A DNA stretch of 64,000 nt. Origin: Candidatus Altimarinota bacterium. Its GTDB lineage: Bacteria; Patescibacteriota; Gracilibacteria; CAIRYL01. A program made the translations under genes and the position numbers. Location: assembly GCA_965250085.1 (NCBI GenBank), contig OZ252287.1:864001-928000 (forward strand), given 5' to 3'. A model generated the notes under the pieces. It was not told the DNA's origin and searched no databases. It worked only from the letters and a program-made list of their open reading frames with translations. This document shows positions 10,339 to 19,929 of this stretch, one piece after another (positions within the stretch are counted from its first letter, which is position 1; every line of letters begins with the position of its first letter).

Positions 10339-10992
10339 TTGAGATTTGCACAGAGTAAGACCAAAGGCTTCACACTTGTGGAAATAATTGTTGCCGTACT
10401 TATTATCGGATTTTTGGCGGTCGCTACTTCAAGATATATATTTTCAAAACAATACGCCATCCAGCAAGCAGAAAATCTTTCTTTAGAACTGATTACTGCT
10501 CTTCGTGATGCGCGAGGATTTGCTATGTCGGGAAGACAAACCATCAATGAAGGAACAGGAGGGGAAGAAATTCCGGAAGGGGGATATGGAGTGTTTTTTG
10601 ATGCCACTGATAACCATGCTGTTGTCTTTGCAGATATTAATTCTAGCGGCACATATGATCCTTCTGAAGATACTTTGATATATGAAACTCAAGAACATTA
10701 TCCTCTGCTTCGCATCATGGTGTATAGAGTAAATATTGATGAAAATTCAGACCACTCAGCTGGGCTTGTTTCAGATTCTGAGGTTTCTACAGAAAGCTAT
10801 TCACAGAAAAATTTTTGGATCATCTTTGCTTCCAACACAGGCGAGTCTATTCTCGGAAGTGAAATAGAAGGAGTTATCACCGATGAAACCAAGGCATTTT
10901 TTATTGATATTATTCTCCCCGATACAAAGCATTATCATGTGCACTTCCACAAAATTTCTCGATTTTTTAATATAGAAACCGTAATCTTATAA
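10339..10992 (+). CDS. Prepilin-type N-terminal cleavage/methylation protein (pseudopilin, FimT/GspH-like)
   Basis: KGFTLVEIIVAV motif followed by a hydrophobic helix. Confidence 0.85.
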   Translation: MRFAQSKTKGFTLVEIIVAVLIIGFLAVATSRYIFSKQYAIQQAENLSLELITALRDARGFAMSGRQTINEGTGGEEIPEGGYGVFFDATDNHAVVFADINSSGTYDPSEDTLIYETQEHYPLLRIMVYRVNIDENSDHSAGLVSDSEVSTESYSQKNFWIIFASNTGESILGSEIEGVITDETKAFFIDIILPDTKHYHVHFHKISRFFNIETVIL

Positions 10993-10996
10993 ACAG

Positions 10997-11824
10997 ATGC
11001 CTGACATGAAATATATGTACGCCACACCAAAGGGAGCCATTTTGGTAGAAGTTCTCATTTCTTTTCTCATCTTTGTAGTGGGAATTACCGGTTCGCTTGC
11101 CCTTCTTATGCAATCTGCTCGTGTAAATACCCTCAATATTAATCGTCTCACAGCGCTCAATATTGCAGAAGATGCTCTGGAAGGCGTCAAGAATATTCGC
11201 GATACTAATTGGCTTATCCACTCATCTAATCTGAGAGAATGTTGGAATTTTTCTCCCGATACGAATGAAGATGGAACTTTGGACTCTAATGATGATGCCT
11301 GTACAGCAGATAGCTATGGTCAAAATAATTTTCCTCTCGGAATGTGGGATAAAAATGGGAGTAATAATCGCCTTAGATCATTTTTGGTGGATTTTGATGC
11401 GGCTTCATCTCGGTGGCTTCTTCTTCCTTCCCCGGAATATCTTGATACAAATACTATGGCCTTTACTGTATATTCTGGATCACACCTCAATGGAGAAGCT
11501 CCCAATGTCTCCTCTATACGAGACCCTCAACTCTATCTCACCCCTGATGGTCGGTATACACATGATTCTTCTGGAAATACTCCTTCTATGTTTTATCGCA
11601 CTGTAGATTTTTATTACATTGATAACACAGGAGTTGGTGAATCTCAGCTCTTTCCCAAAGGGGCTGACTTTGCAGATCCCACAGAAGCCAAAGGAAAAGA
11701 TAATCGCATTCGGATAGTGGCAACGGTCTCTTGGAAACACCATTTTCAAAATTCGGATTTCGTATCTTTGGAGCTCGAAACCATTATTACCGATTATTTA
11801 GATCGAACCAATTGGACAGATTAA
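10997..11824 (+). CDS. Type IV minor pilin-like protein (PilV-like)
   Basis: KGAILVEVLIS..., ALNIAEDALEGVKNIRD, C-terminal IVATVSW. Confidence 0.75.
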   Translation: MPDMKYMYATPKGAILVEVLISFLIFVVGITGSLALLMQSARVNTLNINRLTALNIAEDALEGVKNIRDTNWLIHSSNLRECWNFSPDTNEDGTLDSNDDACTADSYGQNNFPLGMWDKNGSNNRLRSFLVDFDAASSRWLLLPSPEYLDTNTMAFTVYSGSHLNGEAPNVSSIRDPQLYLTPDGRYTHDSSGNTPSMFYRTVDFYYIDNTGVGESQLFPKGADFADPTEAKGKDNRIRIVATVSWKHHFQNSDFVSLELETIITDYLDRTNWTD

Positions 11825-11856
11825 ATGCATCTTTGACATCCACTCATATCTGATAT

Positions 11857-13599
11857 ATGAACTTTTCTCGCAGTAAAAACAAGAAAGCGTTTGGGTTTAC
11901 CCTTATAGAGGTGACGATTGCGAGTATCATCTTTGGCATGTCAATGATCGTGATTTCGTATGCAACGATCAGTTTCTACCAGGGGAAAAAACGCCAAATT
12001 GCTCGCAACGCATTGATGGAAGAAACCAAGGCGCTTATGGAGCGAATGGTGCAAGAAGTCAGAACCAAGACCATTGATTATGATGAATACTTTAACCAAC
12101 TCCCCACAACGACCCTTGGTGGCCCAGAGCCTTCTACAGCAACTGCCGGAGGAGATTATGGTCAATTTTATCGTCAATACTATCATCATTTTTGGTATAT
12201 AGATCCTGCTCAAGATGATACGACGTGCGGTGAATACGGTGTGAATGATCCAAGCAGATATGAATTTGATCCTTTGGATCCTTGCTACGATCAGCATGTA
12301 AATGAAGGGTATTTTTCTACTCGTGCAGATAATAACACCAGTACTGATGATGCCACACTCTCTGCATTGGATGATGATCCAGCTCCAGGGGTAGATACAG
12401 AAAAAGCAGAGCTCTATTTGATCAGCAGTGATGGCAAACAAAAAACCATTTTGAAGCGAATCGCAAATGGTATTGATGATGATTATGACGGCACTATAGA
12501 TGAAAGCGATGCAGAGGATACAGGGGTAGAACAAATAGGGATTATTATGCTGGATCTGAAAGATCAATATGATAATACGACTATCAAAGACAATAATGTA
12601 GTATTCACAACAGGTGAAGATGGATATTACGACTGCTGGGCACCAAATAATGATTTTGAGTGGACGACAAATGAAGTTATTCCGATCCCTATTTCTCCAC
12701 CCAATATGGAAATATTGGAACTCAAGTTCTTTATCACTCCCATAGAAGACCCTCGCAAAGCATTTAATGAAGCGGATATAGAAGTGCAAATGCATCCGAG
12801 TATTACTATTTTGTTGACCACCCAAATTTCTTCTCGGTCTTCCCGCCAGTTTAGAGGAGCGCTTCCTCAGCCGATTACCTTGCAAACGACCGTTTCATCT
12901 CGCGTGTATGAAAGTGTGGGAATCCCCTTTGAATTTTCTGGAACCAATCCAATACAAGCTTGTCTTATTCCTGCATCAGCTGGGGGGGGGGTGGGTGGGT
13001 GTCCAAATGATATTTTGGAAGGAACAGAGCAATGTGACACCAGTCAATTTGGCGGAGCCACGTGTACTTCACTTGGATTTCTTTGGGGTACCCTTGCCTG
13101 TAATGGAGGCTGCACCTTTGATACCAATGGATGTAGCAATGTTTCTCCTGCTGATTGCAACGCTGCAGGTGCTCCTACATGCGATGGTCAAACCGCTACT
13201 ATTTGCATCGTCGATCTTGGGGGCACTCCTATCATTATAGGTGGTAGTCATGATGGTGAAGTGTATGCAGGATTAATCACTGAAGAGAATGGGTCAGATG
13301 TTATTGTGGGCACTGATACAGACGATAAACTTTACGGTGGAAATGGAGCAGATGTCATTTGTGGACTTGGTGGTATTGATCATATCTATGGTGGAAATGC
13401 TCAAAATACTATCTATGGAGGAGAGGGTAATGATTTTCTTTTTGGTGGAAATGGGAAAGATGAGCTCTATGGGGAAGGGGGGGACGATCTCGTTAATGGG
13501 GAAATTGGGAAAGATGATGTCATTGATGGTGGATCTGGCACAGGTGATACTTGTGAAGATGAAGGAGCAAATACTATAAATTGTGAAACGCTTCTCTAG
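11857..13599 (+). CDS. Large prepilin-type protein with Cys-rich and RTX-like Ca-binding C-terminal repeats
   Basis: FGFTLIEV; EGTEQCD...GGATCTSLGF...GTLAC Cys-rich unit; GGxGxD nonapeptides (YGGNGADVI, YGGEGNDFL, YGEGGDDLV). Confidence 0.85.
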   Translation: MNFSRSKNKKAFGFTLIEVTIASIIFGMSMIVISYATISFYQGKKRQIARNALMEETKALMERMVQEVRTKTIDYDEYFNQLPTTTLGGPEPSTATAGGDYGQFYRQYYHHFWYIDPAQDDTTCGEYGVNDPSRYEFDPLDPCYDQHVNEGYFSTRADNNTSTDDATLSALDDDPAPGVDTEKAELYLISSDGKQKTILKRIANGIDDDYDGTIDESDAEDTGVEQIGIIMLDLKDQYDNTTIKDNNVVFTTGEDGYYDCWAPNNDFEWTTNEVIPIPISPPNMEILELKFFITPIEDPRKAFNEADIEVQMHPSITILLTTQISSRSSRQFRGALPQPITLQTTVSSRVYESVGIPFEFSGTNPIQACLIPASAGGGVGGCPNDILEGTEQCDTSQFGGATCTSLGFLWGTLACNGGCTFDTNGCSNVSPADCNAAGAPTCDGQTATICIVDLGGTPIIIGGSHDGEVYAGLITEENGSDVIVGTDTDDKLYGGNGADVICGLGGIDHIYGGNAQNTIYGGEGNDFLFGGNGKDELYGEGGDDLVNGEIGKDDVIDGGSGTGDTCEDEGANTINCETLL

Positions 13600-13617
13600 G
13601 AGCCATAATTCCTTGTC

Positions 13618-13725
13618 CGTCCAAGTCTTTTTCATCACAGCGGACAGGTTGGACTTGGATGCTTGTGACTGTAAAAGGTTTCAGTCCAAAAAATCTTCGT
13701 TGGTTCAGGTTTGCAACCTGAACCA
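13618..13725. repeat. Cluster of REP-like hairpins
   Basis: CGTCCAAGTC...GACTTGGATG (13618-13661) and the perfect stem TGGTTCAGGTT-tgc-AACCTGAACCA (13701-13725). Confidence 0.65.
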
Positions 13726-13829
13726 TTATGGTTGAATTGCTTCTAATTCTAAAAGATCATCATGAAAAGAGCGTGTGCAATACTCCTTTACTGACTACTT
13801 GTTCACTGATTCACTTGCCCTCTTTCCTC

Positions 13830-13859
13830 TTGAGAAAAAGCCGTGTTTTATGCTATAAT
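13830..13859 (+). promoter_or_regulatory. Sigma70-type promoter of the pilin-like array
   Basis: TTGAGA-18 nt-TATAAT with an extended -10 (TGcTATAAT); AGAGGA follows. Confidence 0.55.
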
Positions 13860-13881
13860 AAGAGGATATTTTGCACTTTCT

Positions 13882-14475
13882 ATGACTGAATTTAGAATTT
13901 TCTGGAAATACGCCATGATTCTTCTTTTGTGCTGCACTGTTTGGGGAACAAGTGATGATTTACAGAATTCAGCATTTGCTCAGTCTGAAAGTGACACCTC
14001 TACATCTGATACGAGTGGGAACGAAAGTGGTTGTGGTACCTCTACATCTGATACGAGTGGGAACGAAAGTGGTTGTGATACCTCTACTCCAGATACAAGC
14101 GCAAAAGAAGATAAAAGCCTTCCCTCCAACTCTGGTGATAAAATATACAAATATGAACCTGGAGAAATCATTCTTAACGAATCAGTAGACAACTGCTCTG
14201 GAAGGCACTGCATTGATATTCAACAGGGAAATATTCTTACATTTGAACAAGTTGGAGAACGATTTATCCGTACTCTCACCGGAACAGTGGTATTGGTTGC
14301 CATTTTAGTATTTATGATTGGTGGAGGATTTTGGATTTTCTCTGCTGGCAATGAATCACTGGTTGAACGGGGAAAAGATATGATGATTTATTCCATCATT
14401 GGAGTTCTCCTCGTATTGGGAGCCTATGTTATTATCAAGCTCGTACAGGTTGTCCTCTTTGCACTTGGAACATAA
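13882..14475 (+). CDS. 2-TM pilin-like protein (VirB2/TrbC-like, CPR type) with a Ser/Thr tandem repeat
   Basis: Signal peptide; conserved C-terminus GGFWIFSAGNE...GKDMMIYSIIGV...AYVII; ATG 13882 preferred because it lies downstream of the promoter. Confidence 0.75.
   Translation: MTEFRIFWKYAMILLLCCTVWGTSDDLQNSAFAQSESDTSTSDTSGNESGCGTSTSDTSGNESGCDTSTPDTSAKEDKSLPSNSGDKIYKYEPGEIILNESVDNCSGRHCIDIQQGNILTFEQVGERFIRTLTGTVVLVAILVFMIGGGFWIFSAGNESLVERGKDMMIYSIIGVLLVLGAYVIIKLVQVVLFALGT
13996..14087 (+). repeat. 42-bp in-frame tandem repeat (about 2.2 copies)
   Basis: ACCTCTACATCTGATACGAGTGGGAACGAAAGTGGTTGTG at 13996 and 14038, partial copy at 14080. Confidence 0.95.
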
Positions 14476-14482
14476 CTTTTTG

Positions 14483-14935
14483 ATGAAATTCATACGAATT
14501 TTTTTGATGGCGTCTTTTTTCTTCCTCTTCCTGGGGGTCGGGAATTATAACGCATCAGCCGAGCATCAACATTGCGGGCCGCCACTTACGACCGAAGCGA
14601 TTGAAAAATGCGAAGCGGAGCATGGTGTGGACTCCTTGACCCTTCAGGCCCCATTTCAAAAAGGAAAAGAAACCATTGATACCAGTGGAGATGCTATTTC
14701 CATTTTAGGACAATATGTGGAGCAGATTTTCTCCTTTGGTATGGCCCTTATCGTTATATTTGCAGTGCTCATGATCATGGTCGCGGGATATGAATATATG
14801 TTTGCCGGCGGCGACAGTGGCAAGACGGATAATGCTAAGAAGCGAATCATGCAGGCTCTCTTGGGGGTAGTGCTCGTGTTACTGGCGGCATTACTGCTCA
14901 ATATTATTAATCCAAATTTTTTCAAATTCGCATAA
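14483..14935 (+). CDS. 2-TM pilin-like protein
   Basis: Signal peptide; AGYEYMFAGGDSGKTDNAKKRIMQALLG...LLNIINP. Confidence 0.8.
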   Translation: MKFIRIFLMASFFFLFLGVGNYNASAEHQHCGPPLTTEAIEKCEAEHGVDSLTLQAPFQKGKETIDTSGDAISILGQYVEQIFSFGMALIVIFAVLMIMVAGYEYMFAGGDSGKTDNAKKRIMQALLGVVLVLLAALLLNIINPNFFKFA

Positions 14936-15501
14936 TGAATAGCCCTCAAAAACAGCATGAAGAAAAAGCCCGGCAAGAGATGTTTCTTCGTATTTTTCTG
15001 CCAGGGTTTTTATATGCACTTGGAGTTTTGATTGTCATGCTCCTCAGCGGACAAGTCATAGGGTCAGTTCTCATGGCACAAAATGCTGGATCCACAGCGC
15101 CTCCACTCCTGAGATCCACTATGGATGATTGCAATCTGGGTTTTTTTGGCGCCTGCAATGACAACACAGGAGAATATGTCGCGGGTCCCGAAGCAATTTT
15201 AAATACGTGGATATTTTCTGAGGCGATTCCCTGGTGGGTTTCATTTTTTATCGCCTTTACCGCCGGAGTAGCGGTGCTCATGCTCATGCTGGGAGGTATC
15301 TTTCTTCTGGTTTCCGGAGACAAAGATGAAATGAAGCAAAAAGGCATCAAAACAATTATTTGGGCTATCTCTGGACTCTTAATTGTCCTGTTTGCCTTTG
15401 TCATTGTCTCCATTATTGAAAATCTTCCACTTCCCGGAAGCACCGCAGAGCAACTCATAGAAAATACTGATTCTGGCGGAGCTGCCCGTACTCGTTCATA
15501 A
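14935..15501 (+). CDS. 2-TM pilin-like protein
   Basis: GGIFLLVSGDKDEMKQKGIKTIIWAISGL; start overlaps the upstream stop. Confidence 0.75.
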   Translation: MNSPQKQHEEKARQEMFLRIFLPGFLYALGVLIVMLLSGQVIGSVLMAQNAGSTAPPLLRSTMDDCNLGFFGACNDNTGEYVAGPEAILNTWIFSEAIPWWVSFFIAFTAGVAVLMLMLGGIFLLVSGDKDEMKQKGIKTIIWAISGLLIVLFAFVIVSIIENLPLPGSTAEQLIENTDSGGAARTRS

Positions 15502-15506
15502 AAAAT

Positions 15507-15965
15507 ATGAAATCGAAACCTTCTTTTTTCTCGGCATTTTCTCGAATCTTTCTCCAGGTTCCCGTTCTGGCAGGAATTGCTTTGGCATTGATCTTACTCA
15601 CTGCTACAGAAGCATTCCAACACCTCTACGTCGCCCAAATGCTCTCCGATATCTCATTGCTGACAGCAGATGTTTTTCCTGATCCGGACAAAATCCCTGA
15701 TGGCAATCTGCCTCAGGGATCTGTGGAGAGTGAATTTCTGCTCGCAGTGATCAACATTATTCTCGCTCTCACCAGTACGATCATGCTTGGTGCCATGCTC
15801 TTTGCGGGAGCTCTGTTTGTCATCCACTTTGGTGATGAGGAAAAAATAAGTCTCGCCAAAGGAATTTTTAAGTGGTCTATTGCTGGTATTATTGTCATTC
15901 TCGTCGCGTATTCTATTATTCAGGGAATTACTCAACTCACCTTTACCAACCCTCCTGCTGCATGA
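15507..15965 (+). CDS. 2-TM pilin-like protein
   Basis: AGALFVIHFGDEEKISLAKGIFKWSIAG...AYSII. Confidence 0.75.
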   Translation: MKSKPSFFSAFSRIFLQVPVLAGIALALILLTATEAFQHLYVAQMLSDISLLTADVFPDPDKIPDGNLPQGSVESEFLLAVINIILALTSTIMLGAMLFAGALFVIHFGDEEKISLAKGIFKWSIAGIIVILVAYSIIQGITQLTFTNPPAA

Positions 15966-16534
15966 CACGAAAACATATCACTCTCTGTCTTTTTTCTTTT
16001 TTTGGAATTAGCATTCTGCTTTTTTTCGGTACTTCTGGTTTTGCAGCAAATATCGGGGAAATTGTTGAAAGTGGAAGCGGCATATCTGTTCTGCCCGAAG
16101 ATCTCCCCGCGCCTGAAATTCCCGGCTCAACTGGTGAAGAAAAAATCGATCGCGCTGTACTCATGCTGATAAATGTCATTCTGTATATCTGTGGAACGGC
16201 CGCAGGGATTATGATTCTTGTAGGTGGCATCCGATACGTGCTTTCTCTGGGGAATGACGACGCTTTGCAGGCTGCAAAAAAAACAATCCTCTGGGCCATG
16301 GGAGGACTTATAATGGTGATTCTGGCATGGATGGTGATCCTGAATGTCGTCAGAGTCGGATCACTTGAGCAACGCCTTGATAGTAGTGAAAATCCTATCG
16401 GAGATCAATGTGGCCCCAATCTTACTATAGGGTGCAAAGGGAGATGTTGTGGCTGTGGAGGTCCTCTTGATTGTGATGAAGAACTCACTTGTGGAGGACC
16501 GCTTGATGTCAGCGGTATTAAAGTGTGTCAGTGA
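15962..16534 (+). CDS. 2-TM pilin-like protein with a Cys-rich C-terminal tail
   Basis: ATGA overlap; GGIRYVLSLGNDDALQAAKKTILWAMGG; tail CGPNLTIGCKGRCCGCGGPLDC...VCQ. Confidence 0.75.
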   Translation: MTRKHITLCLFSFFGISILLFFGTSGFAANIGEIVESGSGISVLPEDLPAPEIPGSTGEEKIDRAVLMLINVILYICGTAAGIMILVGGIRYVLSLGNDDALQAAKKTILWAMGGLIMVILAWMVILNVVRVGSLEQRLDSSENPIGDQCGPNLTIGCKGRCCGCGGPLDCDEELTCGGPLDVSGIKVCQ

Positions 16535-16610
16535 AATTGAACAAAAAACTCCTTCCTTGCTCCCTTCTCCTTGCCCCTTGTATACTGCAGGAGCTTTTGA
16601 GGTGAGATAT

Positions 16611-16976
16611 ATGCCAGAAAAATTTGATTCACATGTAGAAGTCATCGCAGAGGATGAGATAGAAGTTCTCGATGCTTCTGGCGACTCTCCAGAAGAAATC
16701 GTTCGCATTTCTGCTGACGAAGAAACTTCTGACACGAATGTCGATCCCCTGCGGAAGCTTCTCGAACATGCTAATGAGTTTCGGAAGATTAAATTTTTCG
16801 GACCATTGGCGCTTCTTCTCAGTATTGTGGGAATTCTTCTCTATCCACTCTATCTTTCTTCTGCTGCTATCTGTTTCGCACTTCTTGATCTCTGGAAAGG
16901 CAGCAAATTTACACACAAGATTTCATATGTAGCTCTTGTTTTAGGAATTCTTTCTCTTCTGAATACTTGGACATAA
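16611..16976 (+). CDS. Hypothetical membrane protein with an acidic N-terminus
   Basis: GAGGTG RBS before ATG 16611; C-terminal hydrophobic segments. Confidence 0.55.
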   Translation: MPEKFDSHVEVIAEDEIEVLDASGDSPEEIVRISADEETSDTNVDPLRKLLEHANEFRKIKFFGPLALLLSIVGILLYPLYLSSAAICFALLDLWKGSKFTHKISYVALVLGILSLLNTWT

Positions 16977-16980
16977 ACAT

Positions 16981-19026
16981 ATGAAAAAAATATTTAACAC
17001 TTTTGTAGAGCAAGATCCTTCTGAAAAAAATAATATCGTTATTCTGCCCGACGCAACTGAGAGCAGAAAAGCTCCCGCATTTGAAAAATCAAAAAATTCG
17101 CACCTGGATGATCCGTTCACGCCTTATTCTCAAAAATCAAAACCCTTAAAAGATAAAGGGAAGATGGTATTTCTTGGAAGTATTTTTTTGACATTTCTTT
17201 TTGGAATGAGCATGATTCAAAATGTTCGCTCTATAGAACACGATGTTTTTCAAAAAGAAAAAGATGCTCTTTTGCAAAGTATTACTGAAACCCAGAAAGG
17301 TATTCAGGAGCAAGAAGTGTATGCTGTTCGCAAGGGATTTGATGCTCTGCAAGAACAATTTGAGAGTATTCAAATGCTTCTAGAGCCACGTTTATCTTTG
17401 GAGTCAGAAGGCGTAGTGACCGGATTTCAAAGTGCCCACTATTTTCTTGATCTCGGAACGCTTTTGGCACAAATAGGTGATGAGCTTTTGGTATTACAGG
17501 GAAAAAAATCCCAAATACACAAATCCCTGTTTTTGGATTCTCCGAACTACCTCTCTGTTTTTGAGGAACTTTCTCCTCATGTAATACTCATAGCCGAGAG
17601 AACTCAGCAAATCGCTGATCTTTTGCAAAAACTTCAATCGAATCTACTATCAGATACAGTTCTAGAAGAAATCCAAGAGATTCAGAATCTTGTTGGACAA
17701 GCAAATACTCTTCTTTCGAAGTGGATTTCATTTTTTCCCGCTATAGAAACAATATTGGGCAAAGAGTATCCTCATACGATCTTTGTTCTCTTGCAAAATA
17801 AAAATGAACTCAGGGCGACTGGAGGCTTTATGGGGAGTATTCTCGAAGTTACGTTGGATCAAGGAATTATTACCCAGCAAGATCTTACTGATATTTTTCA
17901 CTATAGTGGTCAATTTTCTGAAGATATTCCGGCACCAAAACAATTCTCTCATTTGACCGGTGGATTTTTTCCACATGATGGAAATATTTATCCGGATTTT
18001 TCACGGTCTGCAGAGCAAGTCCAGTGGCTTTTAGAACATGCTACTGCAGACACTCCTGATACTATTATTGCTATTCATCAGGGCATTTTGGAAGACGTGT
18101 TGAAAATCACAGGCCCTCTTACTCTCCCTGACGGAAATGGTTTGGAACTCACTGCCGAAAATGCTTCTTTTTTACTTTCATACGTTGTCGAGGCCAAAAT
18201 ATTTGGAGCCGGAGGGCCAGAGTCACCAAAAGGAGTATTAGAGACTCTCTTACCCCTGATCAGAGAAAAAATATCTGATACAGATATCGCTGCATTTATT
18301 CCTCTGGGAGAAAAATGGATTCAGCAGAAATATATACAGGCTTTTTCTCGTGATCAGGATATTCAAAAGCTCTGGAGTCATTTACAAGCAGAAGGAGCAT
18401 TTCTTCCTGAGCAAAGTAAAAAAATTGATTTTCTGGGCATCACTCAAGAAAATGTAGGGGGAAATAAAAGCGATGCATTTCTGACGCAACATATCGATCA
18501 AAAGAGTTTTCTGAATCTCAGCGGAGAGATGTTTCACACTATTCACATTCAAAGAGATCATTCTTGGGGGAAAAAAGAGAACGAGCAATTTGAATCTTTA
18601 CACAAGATATTTGGGGCTTCATATCTAGAACGAGAGCAATTGAGGGATATTATGGGGGCGGGAATCAATCGTATGTTTACAACCGTGTATCTTCCAAAAG
18701 GATCACGACTCTTGAGCACGAGTGCAAATATTCCTCTTGAGAAAGTAGTGCACACAGAAGAAAATGAAGCGACTTTATTTCAATTCTTTTTTCCTCCTGT
18801 GGGTCCTGGCCAAAGCGAAGAAGTAGAGCTTTTTGTCGCTTCTCCTTATGAACTCGATACAGAAAATGGAGATGTCCTTCCATTTTCTGCCCTTCTGCAA
18901 GCTGGCTCCGGCACTCAGTATTTTACCAAAAAATTTCTTACGGAATCTGGAATAGAAATTGAAGGACAAGAATTTGAAAAAGCGTTATTCGTTACTGATT
19001 TGCACTCTGTATATTTGATTCAATAG
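16981..19026 (+). CDS. DUF4012-domain membrane-anchored protein
   Basis: LLQNKNELRATGGFMGS, HDGNIYPDF, LKITGP, ENVGGNKSD; N-terminal TM. Confidence 0.8.
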   Translation: MKKIFNTFVEQDPSEKNNIVILPDATESRKAPAFEKSKNSHLDDPFTPYSQKSKPLKDKGKMVFLGSIFLTFLFGMSMIQNVRSIEHDVFQKEKDALLQSITETQKGIQEQEVYAVRKGFDALQEQFESIQMLLEPRLSLESEGVVTGFQSAHYFLDLGTLLAQIGDELLVLQGKKSQIHKSLFLDSPNYLSVFEELSPHVILIAERTQQIADLLQKLQSNLLSDTVLEEIQEIQNLVGQANTLLSKWISFFPAIETILGKEYPHTIFVLLQNKNELRATGGFMGSILEVTLDQGIITQQDLTDIFHYSGQFSEDIPAPKQFSHLTGGFFPHDGNIYPDFSRSAEQVQWLLEHATADTPDTIIAIHQGILEDVLKITGPLTLPDGNGLELTAENASFLLSYVVEAKIFGAGGPESPKGVLETLLPLIREKISDTDIAAFIPLGEKWIQQKYIQAFSRDQDIQKLWSHLQAEGAFLPEQSKKIDFLGITQENVGGNKSDAFLTQHIDQKSFLNLSGEMFHTIHIQRDHSWGKKENEQFESLHKIFGASYLEREQLRDIMGAGINRMFTTVYLPKGSRLLSTSANIPLEKVVHTEENEATLFQFFFPPVGPGQSEEVELFVASPYELDTENGDVLPFSALLQAGSGTQYFTKKFLTESGIEIEGQEFEKALFVTDLHSVYLIQ

Positions 19027-19035
19027 CTCCAGTTT

Positions 19036-19893
19036 CTATCGTGGTGAACGTTCTGGAGAAAGGATGACAAACGCATCATTCCCAACTGGTCGATTCGCGC
19101 TTAAAAATCTCTCCCATTCATACGGATATTGTTCTCCTCGTTTAGTTCCCACATCGTTCGTGATGACCACATCTTCTGAATATCCAATCACTGTGAGCAT
19201 GTGGTATCCAGGATGCGGGTAAAATGGATTTTTGAGAAGTTCTCCTTTTATGGGAACTATAATTGGATATCCCGTATGTATTACCTTTTGAATGATCTTT
19301 TTATTCAAATCAAACAGGTGAACCACTTGCTCACTTGAGAGATCATAATACCCCTCAATAAATCGCTTCATGTCTTTTCCATACAGATCTTTGTGCTCAC
19401 CAAAATTTTCTTTTTCCTCTTGCCAATTGATCATGTCACGAAAGATCTGATCTGCTTGCTCAGCTGTAACAGTTTCTCCAGAAAGAAAAAGATATGATTG
19501 TAAAAGCGCTGCTTCTTCACAGCTTTCGTCATGAAAATCCCAGCCTCCTTCGTTTCGAAACGGATTTTGACAAATATAGGGAACATCTAAGAGTTTTTCA
19601 GAAGGGATTTTACGTATGTCAACATTCTGGATCTTCTCTTCAAAAGAAACTGTTTTTTCTTGGGAATCTGCACTTCGTTGCTCTTGTAAAGTTGTTTCAA
19701 AATTCACTGCAGAAGAATCAAGAAGTTCTTGTCGATGCTTTTGCACCCGCTGTGTTTCTTGCCACACATAGAGCTTAGATAAAACCTTGGGGCCTACGAG
19801 TATTCCGAAGATGAGAAGACCAAGGATTATCCAGTAATACACTCGTCGGCTCCTTCGCTTCTCATGCAATGATGAAAAAGAAGTGTGATTCAT
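19036..19893 (-). CDS. C39-like cysteine peptidase, membrane anchored
   Basis: LDVPYICQNP, CEEAAL (Cys), YHMLTVIGY (His), ITNDVGT (Asp). Confidence 0.8.
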   Translation of the reverse strand: MNHTSFSSLHEKRRSRRVYYWIILGLLIFGILVGPKVLSKLYVWQETQRVQKHRQELLDSSAVNFETTLQEQRSADSQEKTVSFEEKIQNVDIRKIPSEKLLDVPYICQNPFRNEGGWDFHDESCEEAALLQSYLFLSGETVTAEQADQIFRDMINWQEEKENFGEHKDLYGKDMKRFIEGYYDLSSEQVVHLFDLNKKIIQKVIHTGYPIIVPIKGELLKNPFYPHPGYHMLTVIGYSEDVVITNDVGTKRGEQYPYEWERFLSANRPVGNDAFVILSPERSPR

Positions 19894-19929
19894 GGCGGAA
19901 GAGTATTATTTTTTATAAAAATTAAGATC

